The notes beneath the pieces are model-generated. The model was given only the letters and a program-made list of their open reading frames with translations, made no database searches and was not told where the DNA came from. From NCBI RefSeq assembly GCF_963921235.1, contig NC_086097.1, forward strand, positions 30,816,001 to 30,880,000: DNA of 64,000 nucleotides. The letters run 5' to 3'. The DNA comes from Mobula hypostoma. Taxonomy: Eukaryota. Each line of letters starts with the position of its first letter. Positions within the stretch are counted from its first letter, which is position 1. Positions 1-12,623 of the stretch are shown here, one piece after another. The position numbers were made by a program, and so were the translations under genes.

Positions 1-3000
1 AGAGGGGAGAGAGAGAGGAAGAGGGGTGAGAGAGAGGGAGGGGTGAGAGAGAGGAGGGGTGAGAGAGAGAGGAGGAGTGAGAGAGAGAGAGAGAGGGATG
101 AGGGGTGAGAGAGAGGAGGGGTGAGAGAGAGAGGAGAGAGGGGTGAGAGAGAGGAGAGGGGTGAGAGAGAGGGAGGGGTGAGAGAGAGGGAGGGTGAGAG
201 AGAGGGTGAGAGAGGAGAAGAGGGGAGAGAGAGAGGAAGAGGGGAGAGAGAGAGGAAGAGGGGTGAGAGAGAGGAAGAGGGGTGAGAGAGAGGGAGGGGT
301 GAAGAGAGGAAGAGGGGTGAGAGAGAGGAAGAGGGGTGAGAGAGGGGGAGGGGTGAGAGAGAGAAGAGGGAGAGAGAGGAGAGGGGTGAGAGAGAAGGGG
401 GAGAGAGAGAGGAAGAGGGGTGAGAGAGAGGGAGGGGTGAGAGAGAGGAGAGGGGTGAGAGAGAGAGGAAGAGGGGTGAGAGAGAGGAAGAGGGGTGAGA
501 GAGAGGAAGAGGGGTGAGAGAGAGGAAGGGGAGAGAGAGAGGAAGAGGGGTGAGAGAGAGGAAGAGGGGTGAGAGAGAGAGGGGTGAGAGAGAGGAGAGG
601 GTGAGAGAGAGGAAGAGGGGTGAGAGAGAGGAAGAGGGGAGAGAGAGAGGAAGAGGGGAGAGAGAGAGGAAGAGGGTGAGAGAGAGGGAGAGAGAGAGAG
701 AGGAAGAGGGTGAGAGAGAGGGAGGGTGAGAGAGAGAGGGAGGGGTGAGAGAGAGAGAGGAGAGGGTGAGAGAGAGGAAGAGGGGTGAGAGAGAGGGAGA
801 GAGAGAGGAAGAGGGGTGAGAGGAGAGAGAGGAGAGGGGTGAGAGAGAGGGGGGAGAGAGAGAAGAGGGGTGAGAGAGAGGAAGAGGGGTGAGAGAGAGG
901 GAGGGGTGAGAGAGAGAGAGGGTGAGAGAGAGGAGAGGGGTGAGAGAGAGGGAGAGGGGTGAGAGAGAGAGGGAGAGGGGTGAGAGAGAGGGAGGGGTGA
1001 GAGAGAGAGGAAGAGGGGTGAGAGAGAGGGAGAGGGGTGAGAGAGAGGAAGAGGGGTGAGAGAGAGGGAGAGGGGTGAGAGAGGGGAGGGTGAGAGAGGG
1101 GGAGGGGTAAGAGAGAGGGAGGAGGTGTGAGAGAGGGGAGGGGTGAGAGAGAGAGGAAGAGGGGTGAGAGAGAGGGAAGGGGTGAGAGAGAGGAAGAGGG
1201 GTGAGAGAGAGGAAGAGGGGTGAGAGAGAGGAAGAGGGGTGAGAGAGAGGAAGAGGGGTGAGAGAGAGAGGAAGAGGGGAGAGAGAGAGGAAGAGGGGTG
1301 AGAGAGAGAGGAAGAGGGGTGAGAGGAAGAGAGGGTGAGAGAGAGGAGAGAGAGAGAGAAGAAGAGGGGTGAGAGAGAGAGAAGAGGGGAGGGGAGAGAG
1401 AGGAAGAGGGGTGAGAGAGAGGGAGGGGTGAGAGAGAGGGAGAGGGTGAGAGAGAGAGGGGTGAGAGAGAGGGAGGGGAGAGAGAGAGGAAGGGGGGGAG
1501 AGAGAGGAGAGGAGAGAGGGAGGGTGAGAGAGAGGGAGGGGGAGAGAGAGGAAGAGGGGTGAGAGAGAGGAAGAGGGGTGAGAGAGAGGAAGAGGGGTGA
1601 GAGAGGGTGAGAGAGTGGAGAGGGGGGTGGAGAGAGGAAGAGGGGTGAGAGAGAGGAGAGGGGAGAGAGAGAGGGAGGGGTGAGAGAGAGGGAGGGGTGA
1701 GAGAGAGGGAGGGGTGAGAGAGAGGGAGGGGTGAGAGAGAGGAGAGGGGTGAGAGAGAGGAGAGGGGTGAGAGAGAGGAAGAGGGGTGAGAGAGAGGAAG
1801 AGGGGTGAGAGAGAGAGGAAGAGGGGTGAGAGAGAGGAAGAGGGGTGAGAGAGAGGGGTGAGAGAGAGAGGAAGAGGGGTGAGAGAGAGAGGAAGAGGGG
1901 TGAGAGAGAGAGAAAGAGGGGTGAGAGAGAGGAAGAGGGGTGAGAGAGAGGAAGAGGGGTGAGAGAGAGGAAGAGGGGTGAGAGAGAGGAAGAGGGGTGA
2001 GAGAGAGAGGAGGGGTGAGAGAGAGGAAGAGGGGTGAGAGAGGAGAGGGGGGAGAGAGGAAGAGGGGTGAGAGAGAGGAAGAGGGGTGAGAGAGAGGAAG
2101 AGGGGTGAGAGAGAGGAGGGGTGAGAGAGAGAGAGGGGTGAGAGAGAGAGGAGGGGTGAGAGAGAGAGGAGGGGTGAGAGAGAGGAGGGGTGAGAGAGAG
2201 AGGAGAGGGGTGAGAGAGAGGAAGAGGGGTGAGAGAGAGGAAGAGGGGTGAGAAGAGGGGTGAGAGAGAGGGAGGGGTGAGAGAGAGGAGAGGGTGAGAG
2301 AGAGGGAGAGAGAGAGAGGGGTGAGAGAGAGAGAGGGTGAGAGAGAGAGGAAGAGGGGTGAGAGAGAGAGGAAGAGGGGTGAGAGAGAGAGGAAGAGGGG
2401 TGAGAGAGAGGGAGGGGTGAGAGAGAGAGGAGGGGTGAGAGAGAGGAGGGGTGAGAGAGAGGAGGGGTGAGGGAGAGGAGGGGTGAGAGAGACTGGAGGG
2501 GTGAGGGAGAGAGGAAGAGGGGTGAGAGAGAGGAAGAGGGGTGAGAGAGAGGAAGAGGGGTGAGAGAGAGGAAGAGGGGTGAGAGAGAGGGAGGGGTGAG
2601 AGAGGGGAGGGGTGAGAGAGAGAGGAAGAGGTGAGAGAGAGAGGAAGAGGGGTGAGAGAGAGAGGAAGAGGGGAGAGAGAGGAAGAGAGGGGTGAGAGAG
2701 GAGGGGTGAGAGAGAGAGGAGGGGTGAGAGAGAGAGGAGGGGTGAGAGAGAGGAGGGGTGAGAGAGAGGAGGGGTGAGAGAGAGGAGGGGTGAGAGAGAG
2801 GGAGGGGTGAGAGAGAGGAGGGGTGAGAGAGAGAGGAGGGGTGAGAGAGAGGAGGGGTGAGAGAGAGAGGAGGGGTGAGAGAGAGAGAGGAGGGGTGAGA
2901 GAGAGGAGGGGTGAGAGAGAGAGAGGAGGGGTGAGAGTGAGAGGAGGGGTCAGAGTGAGAGGTGGGGTGAGAGAGAAGGGAAGGGTGACAGAGAGGGGAG

Positions 3001-6000
3001 GGGTGAGAGAGAGAGAGGAGGGGTGGAGAGAGGGAAGAGGGGTGAGAGAGAGGAAGAGGGGTGAGAGAGAGGAAGAGGGGTGAGAGAGAGGAAGAGGGGA
3101 GAGAGAGAGAGGAAGAGGGGTGAGAGAGAGGAAGAGGGGTGAGAGAGGAGGAAGAGGGGTGAGAGAGAGGAAGAGGGGTGAGAGAGAGAGGAAGAGGGGT
3201 GAGAGAGGGGAGGGGTGAGAGAGAGGGAGGGTTGAGAGAGAGGGAGGGGTGTGAGAGAGGGAAGGGTGAGAGAGAGAGGAGAGGGGTGAGAGAGGAAGAG
3301 GGGTGAGAGAGAGGAAGATGTGAGAGAGAGAGGAAGAGGGGAGAGAGAGGAAGAGGGGTGAGAGAGAGAAGAGGGGTGAGAGAGAGGAAGAGAGGGTGAG
3401 AGAGAGAGGAAGGGAGAGAGAGAGGAAGAGGGGTGAGAGAGAGAGGAAGAGGGGTGAGAGAGAGAGGAAGAGGGGTGAGAGAGAGAGAGGGGTGAGAGAG
3501 AGGGGGGTGAGAAGAGAGGGAGGGGTGAGAGAGAGGGAGGGGTGAGAGAGAGGGAAGGGTGAGAGAGAGAGGAAGAGGGGAGAGAGAGAGGAAGAGGGGG
3601 AGAGAGAGGAAGAGGGGGAGAGAGAGGAAGAGGGTGAGAGAGAGGGGAGAGAGGAAGAGGGGTGAGAGAGAGGAAGAGGGGTGAGAGAGAGAGGAAGAGG
3701 GGTGAGAGAGAGAGGAAGAGGGGTGAGAGAGAGAGGAAGAGGGTGAGAGGAGAGGAGAGGGAAGAGGGGTGAGAGAGAGGAAGAGGGGTGAGAGAGAGGA
3801 AGAGGGGTGAGAGAGAGGAAGAGGGGTGAGAGAGAGAGGAAGAGGGGTGAGAGAGAGAGAGGAAGAGAGAGAGAGGAAGAGGGGAGAGAGAGAGGGGTGA
3901 GAGAGGTGAGAGAGAGAGAGGGGTGAGAGAGAGGAAGAGGGGTGAGAGAGAGAGGAAGAGGGGTGAGAGAGAGGAAGAGGGGTGAGAGAGAGGGAGGGGT
4001 GAGAGAGACAGAGGGGTGAGAGAGAGGGGGGTGAGAGAAGAGGAAAGGGGTGAGAGAGAGGAAGAGGGGTGAGAGAGAGGAAGAGGGGTGAGAGAGAGGG
4101 AAGAGGGGGAGAGAGAGAGGAAGAGGGGTGAGAGAGAGGGAGGGGTGAGAGAGAGGAAGAGGGGTGAGAGAGAGAGGAAGAGGGGAGAGAGAGAGGAAGA
4201 GAGGGGAGAGAGAGAGGAAGAGGGGTGAGAGAGAGGAAGAGGGGTGAGAGAGAGAGAGGGGTGAGAGAGAGAGAGGGGTGAGAGAGAGAGAGAAAGGGGG
4301 AGAGAGAGGAGGGGTGAGAGAGAGGAAGAGGGGTGAGAGAGAGAGGAAGAGGGGTGAGAGAGAGAGGAAGAGGGGTGAGAGAGAGGAGGGGTGAGAGAGA
4401 GGGGAGGAGTGAGAGAGAGAGGAGGGGGAGAGAGAGAGGAGGGGTGAGAGAGAGAGGAGGGGTGAGAGAGAGGAGGGGTGAGAGAGAGGAGGGGTGAGAG
4501 AGAGGAAGAGGGGTGAGAGAGAGGAAGAGGGGTGAGTGAGAGAGGGAGAGGTGTGAGAGAGAGGAAGAGGGGTGAGAGAGAGGAAGAGGGGTGAGAGAGA
4601 GGAAGAGGGGTGAGAGAGAGGAAGAGGGGTGAGAGAGAGGAGAGGGGTGAGAGAGAGGAAGAGGGGTGAGAGAGAGGAGAGGGGTGAGAGAGAGGGAGGG
4701 GTGAGAGAGAGGGTGAGAGAGAGGGAGGGGTGAGAGAGAGAGGTGAGTGAGAGAGAGGAGGGGTGAGAGAGAGGAGGGGTGAGAGAGAGAGGAGGGGTGA
4801 GAGAGAGGGAGGGGTGAGAGAGGGGTGAGAGAGGGGGAGAGAGAGAGGGAGGGGTGTGAGAGAGGGAAGGGTGAGAGAGAGAGGAAGAGGGGAGAGAGAG
4901 AGGAAGAGGGGAGAGAGAGAGGAAGAGCGGTGAGAGAGAGAGAGAAAGAGGGGTGAGAGAGAGAGGAAGAGGGGAGAGAGAGAGGAAGAGAGGAGAGAGA
5001 GAGGAAGAGGGGTGAGAGAGAGGAAGAGGGGTGAGAGAGAGAGGAAGGGGGTGAGAGAGACGAAGAGGGGTGAGAGAGAGAGGAAGAGCAGTGAGAGAAG
5101 AAAGGGGTGAGAGAGAGGAAGAGGGGTGAGAGAGAGGAAGAGGGGGAGAGAGAGGAAGAGAGAGAGAGAGGGGTGGAGAGGGAGGGGTGAGAAAGAGGAA
5201 GAGGGGTGAGAGAGAGAGGAAGAGGGGAGAGAGAGAGAGGAAGAGTGGTGAGAGAGAGAGGAAGAGGGGTGAGAGAGACGAAGAGGGTGAGAGAGAGAGA
5301 GACGAAGAGGGGAGAGAGAGAGGGTGCAGTGAGAGAGAAGAAAAGGGGTGAGAGAGAGGAAGAGGGGTGAGAGAGAGAGGAAGAGGGGAGAGAGAGAGGA
5401 AGAGGGGTGAGAGAGGGTGAGGGGTGAGAGAAGGGGGAGGGTTGACAGAGAGGGAGGGGTGTGAGAGAGGGAAGGGTGAGAGAGAGAGGACGAGGGGAGA
5501 GAGAGAGGAAGAGGGGTGAGAGAGAGGGAGGGGTGAGAGAGAGGAAGAGGGGTGAGAGAGAGGGAGGGGAGAGAGAGAGGGAGGGGTGAGAGAGAGGGAC
5601 GGGTGAGAGAGAGAGGAAGAGGGGTGAGAGAGAGGGAGAGGGGGTGAGAGGGGGAGGGGTGAGAGAGAGGGAGGGGTGAGAGAGAGGGAGGGGTGTGAGA
5701 GAGGGAAGGGTGAGAGAGAGAGGAAGAGGGGAGAGAGAGAGAGAGGAAGAGGGGAGAGAGAGAGGAAGAGGGGGAGAGAGAGAGGAAGAGCGGTGAGAGA
5801 GAGGGAGGGGTGAAAAAGAGGGTGAGAAAGAGGGGTGAGAAAGAGGAAGAGGGGTGAGAGAGAGAGGAAGAGGGGTGAGAGAGAGAGGAAGAGGGGTGAG
5901 AGAGAGAGGAAGAGGGGAGAGAGAGAGGAAGAGAGGTGAGAGAGAGAGGAAGTGGGGTGAGAGAGAGAGGAAGTGGGGTGAGAGAGAGAGGAAGAGGGGT

Positions 6001-9000
6001 GAGAGAGAGCGGAAGAGCAGTGAGAGAGAGAGGAAAAGGGGTGAGAGAGAGGAAGAGGGGTGAGAGAGAGAGGAAGAGGGGGGAGGAGGAGAGAGAGAGA
6101 GGAAGAGGGGTGAGAGAGAGAGGAAGAGGGGTGAGAGAGAGAGAGAGAGAGGGGTGAGAGAGAGAGGAAGAGGGGAGAGAGAGAGGAAGAGGGGTGAGAG
6201 AGAAGAAACGGGGTGAGAGAGAGGAAGAGGGGTGAGAGAGAGAGGAAGAGGGGTGAGAGAGAGGAAGAGGGGTGAGAGAGAGGAGAGGGGAGTGAGAGAG
6301 AGAGGAAGAGGGGTGAGAAAGAGGAAGAGGGGTGAGAGAGAGAGAGGAAGAGGGGTGAGAGAGAGGGAGGGGTGAGAGAGAGAGGAAGAGCAGTGAGAGA
6401 GAGAAAAGGGGTGAGAGAGAGGAAGAGGGGTGAGAGAGAGGAAGAGGGGTGAGAGAGAGGAAGAGGGGGAGAGAGAGAGGAAGGGTGAAAGAGGGGAGGG
6501 GTGAGAGAGAGGAGAGGGGTGAGAGAGAGAGGAAGGGTGAGAGAGAGGAAGAGGGGTGAGAGAGAGAGGAGAGAGGGTGAGAGAGAGAAGAGGGGTGAGA
6601 GAGAGGAAGAGGGGTGAGAGAGAGAGGAGAGGGGTGAGAGAGGGGGAGTGAGAAAGAGGGGTGAGAGAGAGGAAGAGGGGTGAGAGAGAGAGGAAGGGTG
6701 GAGAGAGAGAGGGAGGGGTGAGAGAGAGAGGAGAGGGGTGAGAGAGAGGAAGAGGTGTGAGAGAGGGAAGGGGTGAGAGAGAGAGGAAGGGGAGAGAGAG
6801 AGGAGAGGGGTGAGAGAGAGGAAGAGGGGTGAGAGAGAGAGGAAGGGGTGAGAGAGAGAGGAGGGGGTGAGAGAGAGGGAAGGGTGAGAGAGAGAGGAAG
6901 AGGGGTGAGAGAGAGGAAGAGGGGTGAGAGAGAGGGAGGGGTGAGAGAGAGGGAGGGGTGAGAGAGAGGGACGGGTGAGAGAGAGAGGAAGAGAGGTGAC
7001 AGAGAGGGAGAGGGGTGAGAGAGAGGGAGAGGGGTGAGAGAGGGAGGGGTGAGAGAGGAAGAGGGGTGAGAGAGAGGGAGGGGGTGAGAGAGAGGGAGGG
7101 GTGTGAGAGAGGGAAGGGGAGAGAGAGAGAGAGGAAGAGGGGAGAGAGAGAGGAAGAGGGGGAGAGAGAGAGGAAGAGGGGGAGAGAGAGAGGAGAGGGG
7201 AGAGAGAGAGGAAGAGGGGTGAGAGAGAGGAAGAGGGGTGAGAAAGAGGAAGAGGGGTGAGAGAGAGAGGAAGAGGGGTGAGAAAGAGGAAGAGGGGTGA
7301 GAGAGAGAGGAAGAGGGGGAGAGAGAGGAAGAGGGGTGAGAGAGGAGGGGTGAGAGAGAGGAAGAGGGGTGAGAGAGAGAGGAAGAGGGGGGAGAGAGAG
7401 AGGAAGAGGTGAGAGAGAGAGGAAGAGGGGTGAGAGAGAGAGAGGAAGAGGGGTGAGAGAGAGAGAGGAAGGGGTGAGAGAGACGAAGAGGGGTGAGAGA
7501 GAGAGGAAGAGGGGTGAGAGAGAGAGGAAGAGGGGTGAGAGAGAGGAAGAGGGGAGAGAGAGAGGAAGAGGGGTGAGAGAGAGAGGAAGAGGGGAGAGAG
7601 AGAGAGGAAGAGTGGTGAGAGGGAGAGGAAGAGGGGTGAGAGAGACGAAGAGGGGTGAGAGAGACAAAGAGGGGTGAGAGAGAGAGGGTGCAGTGAGAGA
7701 GAAGAAAAGGGGTGAGAGAGAGGAAGAGGGGTGAGAGAGAGAGGAAGAGGGGTGAGAGAGAGAGGAAGAGGGGTGAGAGAGGGGGAGGGGTGAGAAAGGG
7801 GGAGGGTTGACAGAGAGGGAGGGGTGTGAGAGAGGGGTGAGAGAGAGAGGACGAGGGGTGAGAGAGGAAAAGGAGTGAGAGAGAGGAAGAGGTGAGAGAG
7901 AGAGGAAGAGGGGAGAGAGAGAGGAAGAGGGGTGAGAGAGAGGAAGAGGGGTGAGAGAGAGGGAGGGGTGAGAGAGAGGAAGAGGGGTGAGAGAGAGGGA
8001 GGGGAGAGAGAGAGGGAGGGGTGAGAGAGAGGGAGCGGAGAGAGAGAGGGAGGGGTGAGAGAGAGGGAGGGGTGAGAGAGAGGAAGAGGGGTGAGAGAGA
8101 GGGAGGGGTGAGAGAGGAGAGGGGTGAGAGAGAGGGAGGGGTGAGAGAGGGGCTGAGAGAGGGGGAGGGGTGAGAGAGAGGGAGGGGTGTGAGAGAGGGA
8201 AGGGTGAGAGAGAGAGGAAGAGGGGAGAGAGAGAGGAAGAGGGGAGAGAGAGAGGAAGAGGGGAGAGAGAGAGGAAGAGGGGGGAGAGAGAGAGGAAGAG
8301 GGGTGAGAGAGAGGGAGGGGTGAAAAAGAGGGTGAGAAAGAGGAAGAGGGGTGAGAAAGAGGAAGAGGGGTGAGAGAGAGAGGAAGAGGGGTGAGAGAGA
8401 GAGGAAGAGGGGTGAGAGAGAGAGGAAGAGGGGAGAGAGAGAGGAAGAGGGGTGAGAGAGAGAGGAAGAGGGGTGAGAGAGAGAGGAAGAGGGGTGAGAG
8501 AGAGTGGAAGAGCAGTGAGAGAGAAGAAAAGGGGTGAGAGAGAGGAAGAGGGGAGAGAGAGAGGAATAGGGGAGAGAGAGAGGAAGAGGGGAGAGAGAGA
8601 GGAAGAGGGGTGAGAGGGAGGTGTGAGAGAGGAAGAGGGCTGAGAGAGGGTGAGAGAGTGGAAGAGGGGTGAGAGAGAGGAAGAGGGGTGAGAGAGAGGG
8701 AGGGGAGAGGGAGAGGAAGCGGTGAGAGAGAGGGAGGGGTGAGAGAGCGGGAGGGTTGAGAGAGAGGAAGAGGGGTGAGAGAGAGAGGAAGAGGGTTGAG
8801 AGAGAGGAAGAGGGGTGAGAGAGAGGGAGGGGTGAGAGAGAGGGAGGGGTGAGAGAGAGAGGGGTGAGAAAGAGGAAGAGGGGTGAGAGAGAGAGGAAGA
8901 GGGGTTTGAGAGAGAGGAAGAGGGGTGAGAGAGAGAGGAAGAGGGGTGAGAGAGACGAAGAGGGGTGAGAGAGACGAAGAGGGGTGAGAGAGAGGGAGGG

Positions 9001-9815
9001 GTGAGAGAGAGGAAGAGGGGTGAGAGAGAGGAAGAGGGGTGAGAGAGAGGGAGGGGTGTGAGAGAGGGAGGGTGTGAGAGAGGGAGGGGTGAGAGAGAGG
9101 GGTGAGAGAGAGAGGAAGAGGGGTGAGAGAGAGGGGTGAGAGAGAGAGGAAGAGGGGTGAGAGAGAGGAAGAGGGGTGAGAGAGAGGGAGGGGTGATAGA
9201 GTAGAAGAGGGGTGATAGAGAGAGGAAGAGGGGAGAGAGAGAGGAAGAGGGGTGAGAAAGAGGAAGAGGGGTGAGAGAGAGGGGGTGAGAAAGAGGAAGA
9301 GGGGTGAGAGGGGTGTGAGAGAGAGAGGAAGAGGGGTGAGAGAGAGGGAGGGGTGAGAGAGGAAGAGGGGTGAGAGAGGGGGAGGGGTGAGAGGGGGAGG
9401 GGTGTGAGAGAGGGAGGAAGAGGGGAGAGAGAGAGGAAGAGGGGAGAGAGAGAGGAAGGGAGGAGAGAGAGAGGAAGGGGGAGAAAGAGGAAGAGGGGTG
9501 ATAGAGAGAGGAAGAGGGGAGAGAGAGAGGGGTGAGAAAGAGGAAGAGGGGTGAGAAAGAGGTAGAGGGGTGAGAGAGAGGGAGGGGTGTGAGAGACAGA
9601 GAGGGAGGGGTGAGAGAGAGGAAGAGGGGTGCGAGGAGAGGAAGGGGGAGAGAGAGAGGAAGAGGGGTGAGAGAGAGGAAGAGGGGTGAGAGAGAGGAAG
9701 AGGGGTGAGAGAGAGAGAGGAAGAGGGGTGAGAGAGAGGGAGGGGTGAGAGAGAGGAAGAGGGGTGAGAGAGAGAGGAAGGGGAGTGCAAGGAGAGGAAG
9801 GGGGAGAGAGAGAGC
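1..9815 (+). repeat. GA-rich tandem array, variable unit ~17-21 bp, consensus ~GAGAGAGAGGAAGAGGGGT
   Basis: Continuous degenerate repeats. The + strand is almost all G/A with a periodic T and very few C. The array runs off the left edge of the window. Confidence 0.98.
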
Positions 9816-10012
9816 TAGACAGTGGAACAGTGGGCAAGGGATGAATAGAGGGAGAGACAGAAAGGGAAAGAGAAAAGGAGTGAATGGAAAGGGGGGCAGA
9901 GAGGGGAGAGAGAGGGGGACAGGAGGGGGAGAGAAAGAGAGAGAAACACATGGATGTGAGACAGGGAGAGGAATCGCGTGGGAGCAGGAGAGGTTAAAGT
10001 GGTAAAGAAGGT

Positions 10013-10286
10013 GAGCATTGAGAATGAGGATAAGGAAGTCGCGTTGCAGCTACATAAAACTTTGATTTGGCTGCACTGTGTGCCCCATTACAGTAAGGAT
10101 GTGGAAGCTTTGGAGTGGGTGAAGAAAAAGTTGACAAGGATACTGTCTGGATTATAGGGTATGAGTTAGTAGAAGTAGGACAAACTTGGACTATTTTTAC
10201 TTGGCTGAGGGGAGATCTCATAGATGTCTATGAAATTATGAGAGGTATAGATGGGCTAGATTGACTTTCTTTCCCAGATAGGGTAA
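10013..10286 (+). mobile_element. CR1 LINE fragment, RT C-terminal region (second copy ~14940-15213)
   Basis: Decayed match to the CR1 ORF2 motifs LQLYKTL, KDVEALE and LRGDLIDVYEIMRGID. Confidence 0.85.
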
Positions 10287-10590
10287 ATGCACTGTAACGG
10301 AAGGAATTTAATCAAACCACAGTGCGTGACATTGGCTAGTAAGTTCCCTGCGTGTAATCCGATCCATGCAATGTTTTCTTTCGGAAGGAAGCAGCGGCCG
10401 TTATGTCTGAGTGGCCCTGCTCTGATCATTGACAGCTCAGCCAGTGTCCACGGCATGTTGCAACCTGAACGTTCCACTGACTGCACAAACGACATACTGA
10501 GGGGAAAGTACTTGAAACTACTTCAAGGGAAAGGGCGGGAGACTGGGAAAGAGCGCCTGCCCCAGCTGCCAAGAAGCAACCTAGCAATGT
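10287..10590. promoter_or_regulatory. Non-repetitive CpG-retaining island, candidate cis-regulatory element (second copy ~15214-15517)
   Basis: No repeat recognised. Contains AACCACA, two CGGAAG, two TGCGTG, ATTGG, GGGCGGG and TGGGAA. Motif evidence only. Confidence 0.3.
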
Positions 10591-10624
10591 AAGAACTTAA
10601 GATAATAGGAGCAGGAATAGGATA

Positions 10625-11064
10625 GGGCAGCACTGTACTTAGTAGCTAGCAAAACTCTTTCCAGCATCAGCACTCAGAATTCAGTTCCCACCGTCGTCTG
10701 TAAGGAGTTTGTATGATCTCCCTGCAAACACAAGAGACTCACAAAATGCTAGAAATCCAGAGCAACACACACAAAATGTTGAAGGAACTCAGCAAGTCAG
10801 GCAGCACCTATAAAGAGGAATAAATAGCCGACATTTTGGGATGAGACCATACATCCTTGTTCTCCCTGTGATTCTAGGGTTTCCTCCAGGTACACTAGTT
10901 TCCTCCCACATTCCAGTAACAAATAGGTTGAGTTTAGTAAGAGGCAGACACCAATGTTGTCAACAGACGTGTGGCAACACTTGCTAAGACTGTGTTGGTT
11001 GTTGACACTAATGGCACTTTTCACTGTATGTTTTGATATACATGTGACAAATAAAGCTAATCTT
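10625..11064 (+). mobile_element. tRNA-derived V-SINE interrupted by a Penelope-like end (second copy ~15552-15991)
   Basis: Head ggcagcac..., V-domain-like gggtttcctccaggtac...tttcctcccacattcc, and tail atacatgtgacaaataaagctaatct shared with other copies in the window. Confidence 0.8.
10725..10848 (-). mobile_element. Penelope-like element terminal fragment nested in the SINE
   Basis: acacacaaaatgttgaaggaactcagcaagtcaggcagca is the reverse complement of the end seen at 63650-63745. It is truncated within the hammerhead region. Confidence 0.7.
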
Positions 11065-11500
11065 ACTTCACAAAATCTCAGCCCCTCAAGTCTGACCCAC
11101 CACTCAAGTATAATTGTGGCTGAACTCCAAGCATTCACAACTTTCTGCAAGAAGTAGTTTTAAATAACCAACCCATATTGTAATGGCAATCTCCTCCTTT
11201 GAGACTTTCCCTCTGCTGGAAATATCTCAGCATTTACCCCATTATGATCCCTTAAGATCACTCCTCAATATTCTAAACTTCAAAGAATATACATAGGTCC
11301 AATTCCTTTAGTGAACTCCTGTTGGGACAACCCTGTCATCCTGGAATTAGCCTAGTGAGTCAGTATGTAAATAAGGGGGTAAAAACTGTGTATTACAAAG
11401 ACTATCTGACAAAGGCAGGCTCAAAGCATTGTTATCAGTCACAAGATAATTGCATTGTTACAATGTAGAGATGCTTTCTACCTACATTCTCTTACCCCCG

Positions 11501-11812
11501 AGACAGACCATACGACAAAGGAGCAGAATTAGGCCATCCGGCCCATCAAGTCTGTTCCGCCATTCTATCATGGCTGATTTATTTTCCCTCACAGCACCAT
11601 TCTTCTGAGTAATCGTCATAATGTTCAATGCCTTTATGAATCAAGTACCTATCAACCACCGCGTTAAATGTATCCAGTGACTTGCCCTCAACAGCAATGA
11701 ATTCCAAAGACTCAGCACCCTCTGGCTAAAAAATTCCTCCTCATCTCTGTTCTAAAGGAACACTCTTCTATTCTGAGGCTGTGCCCTCTGGTTCTAGACT
11801 CTTCCACCTTAC
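11501..11812 (-). mobile_element. CR1 LINE 3' end (second copy ~16428-16739)
   Basis: agaccatacgacaaaggagcagaattaggccat... and attcctcctcatctctgttctaaagg, shared with 25444, 56411 and 61215. Confidence 0.85.
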
Positions 11813-11834
11813 GTAGACTGTAAAGATCAGGTGA

Positions 11835-12322
11835 AAGTTCAAGTTCAAGTTTCGTTTATTGTTATTGAACCGTACACATGTATACCGCCAAATGAGACAA
11901 AATTTCTCTGGACAAGTGCACAACACAGTAGCTATAGCTCACACACATATTACCACTGGTAAATTAATAATTAATAAGTTGCATTTACAAGTTAAAAAGT
12001 AAACCATATAATGTTAGTGGCGTTACATGCATGATGATACATGGGTGGTGGCAGGGTGTTCAGTAGTCTCACAGCCTGGGAGAAGAAGCTGTTTCCCATC
12101 CTAACAGTTCCTATCCTAATGCAATACCTCCTGCCTAATGGTAGGGGGTCAAAGAGATTGTTAGACCGATGGGATGATAATAGAGAGACGCCAATGATCC
12201 TCTCAGCAGTTCTTGCAATCTTTTGTAGGGATTTACGGTCAAATGGCTTACAATTCCCATACCAGATGGCGATGCAGCTGGTCAGGGCACTCTTGATGGT
12301 GCTCCTGTAAAAATTGGTTACA
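11835..12322 (-). mobile_element. Rex1/Babar-type LINE 3' fragment (second copy ~16762-17249)
   Basis: ORF reads FYRSTIKSALTSCIAIWYGNC...NSFFSQAVRLLN, followed by a short (TTGAAC)n tail. Confidence 0.85.
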
Positions 12323-12344
12323 ATGGGGGGGGGGGGGCGGGGAG

Positions 12345-12612
12345 AAGCTACTACTCCTGCATCCACTCAGGCCTAGGGGGCTGGCGTCAGGCACGATGAC
12401 GGACTCTCCACTTCTCCCTCTCCCTCATCAGTGTGTTCAGTTCATCTACATTAGCTGCGCCGCTGTCTTCTAGGAGCGTGTTGACCATAGTCTTGGGAGG
12501 GCACCCAGGGTTCATCCTCCCGTGCTTGGGCTCCCATATGATGACTAGGCTGGCAGGTAGCTCGGGGTGGCGTAGACAGTGCCCTGCTTCTTGCAGTCTT
12601 CTCTCCTCGGGG
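12345..12612 (-). mobile_element. RTE/RTE-X-type LINE 3' fragment (second copy ~17271-17538)
   Basis: Minus strand reads RRLQEAGHCLRHPELPASLVIIWEPKHGRMNPGCPPKTMVNTLLEDSG and ends in a short TAG repeat. Confidence 0.7.
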
Positions 12613-12623
12613 AAGCTTCACTC

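Noticed and set aside
2950..9951. 2333-aa minus-strand ORF and the R/E/G-rich plus-strand ORFs
   Set aside because: The C/T-rich strand has almost no way to form stop codons. The L/S/P/H/T peptide is simply the translated satellite.
10318..10360. CACAGTG RSS heptamer
   Set aside because: No ACAAAAACC-like nonamer at either spacing.
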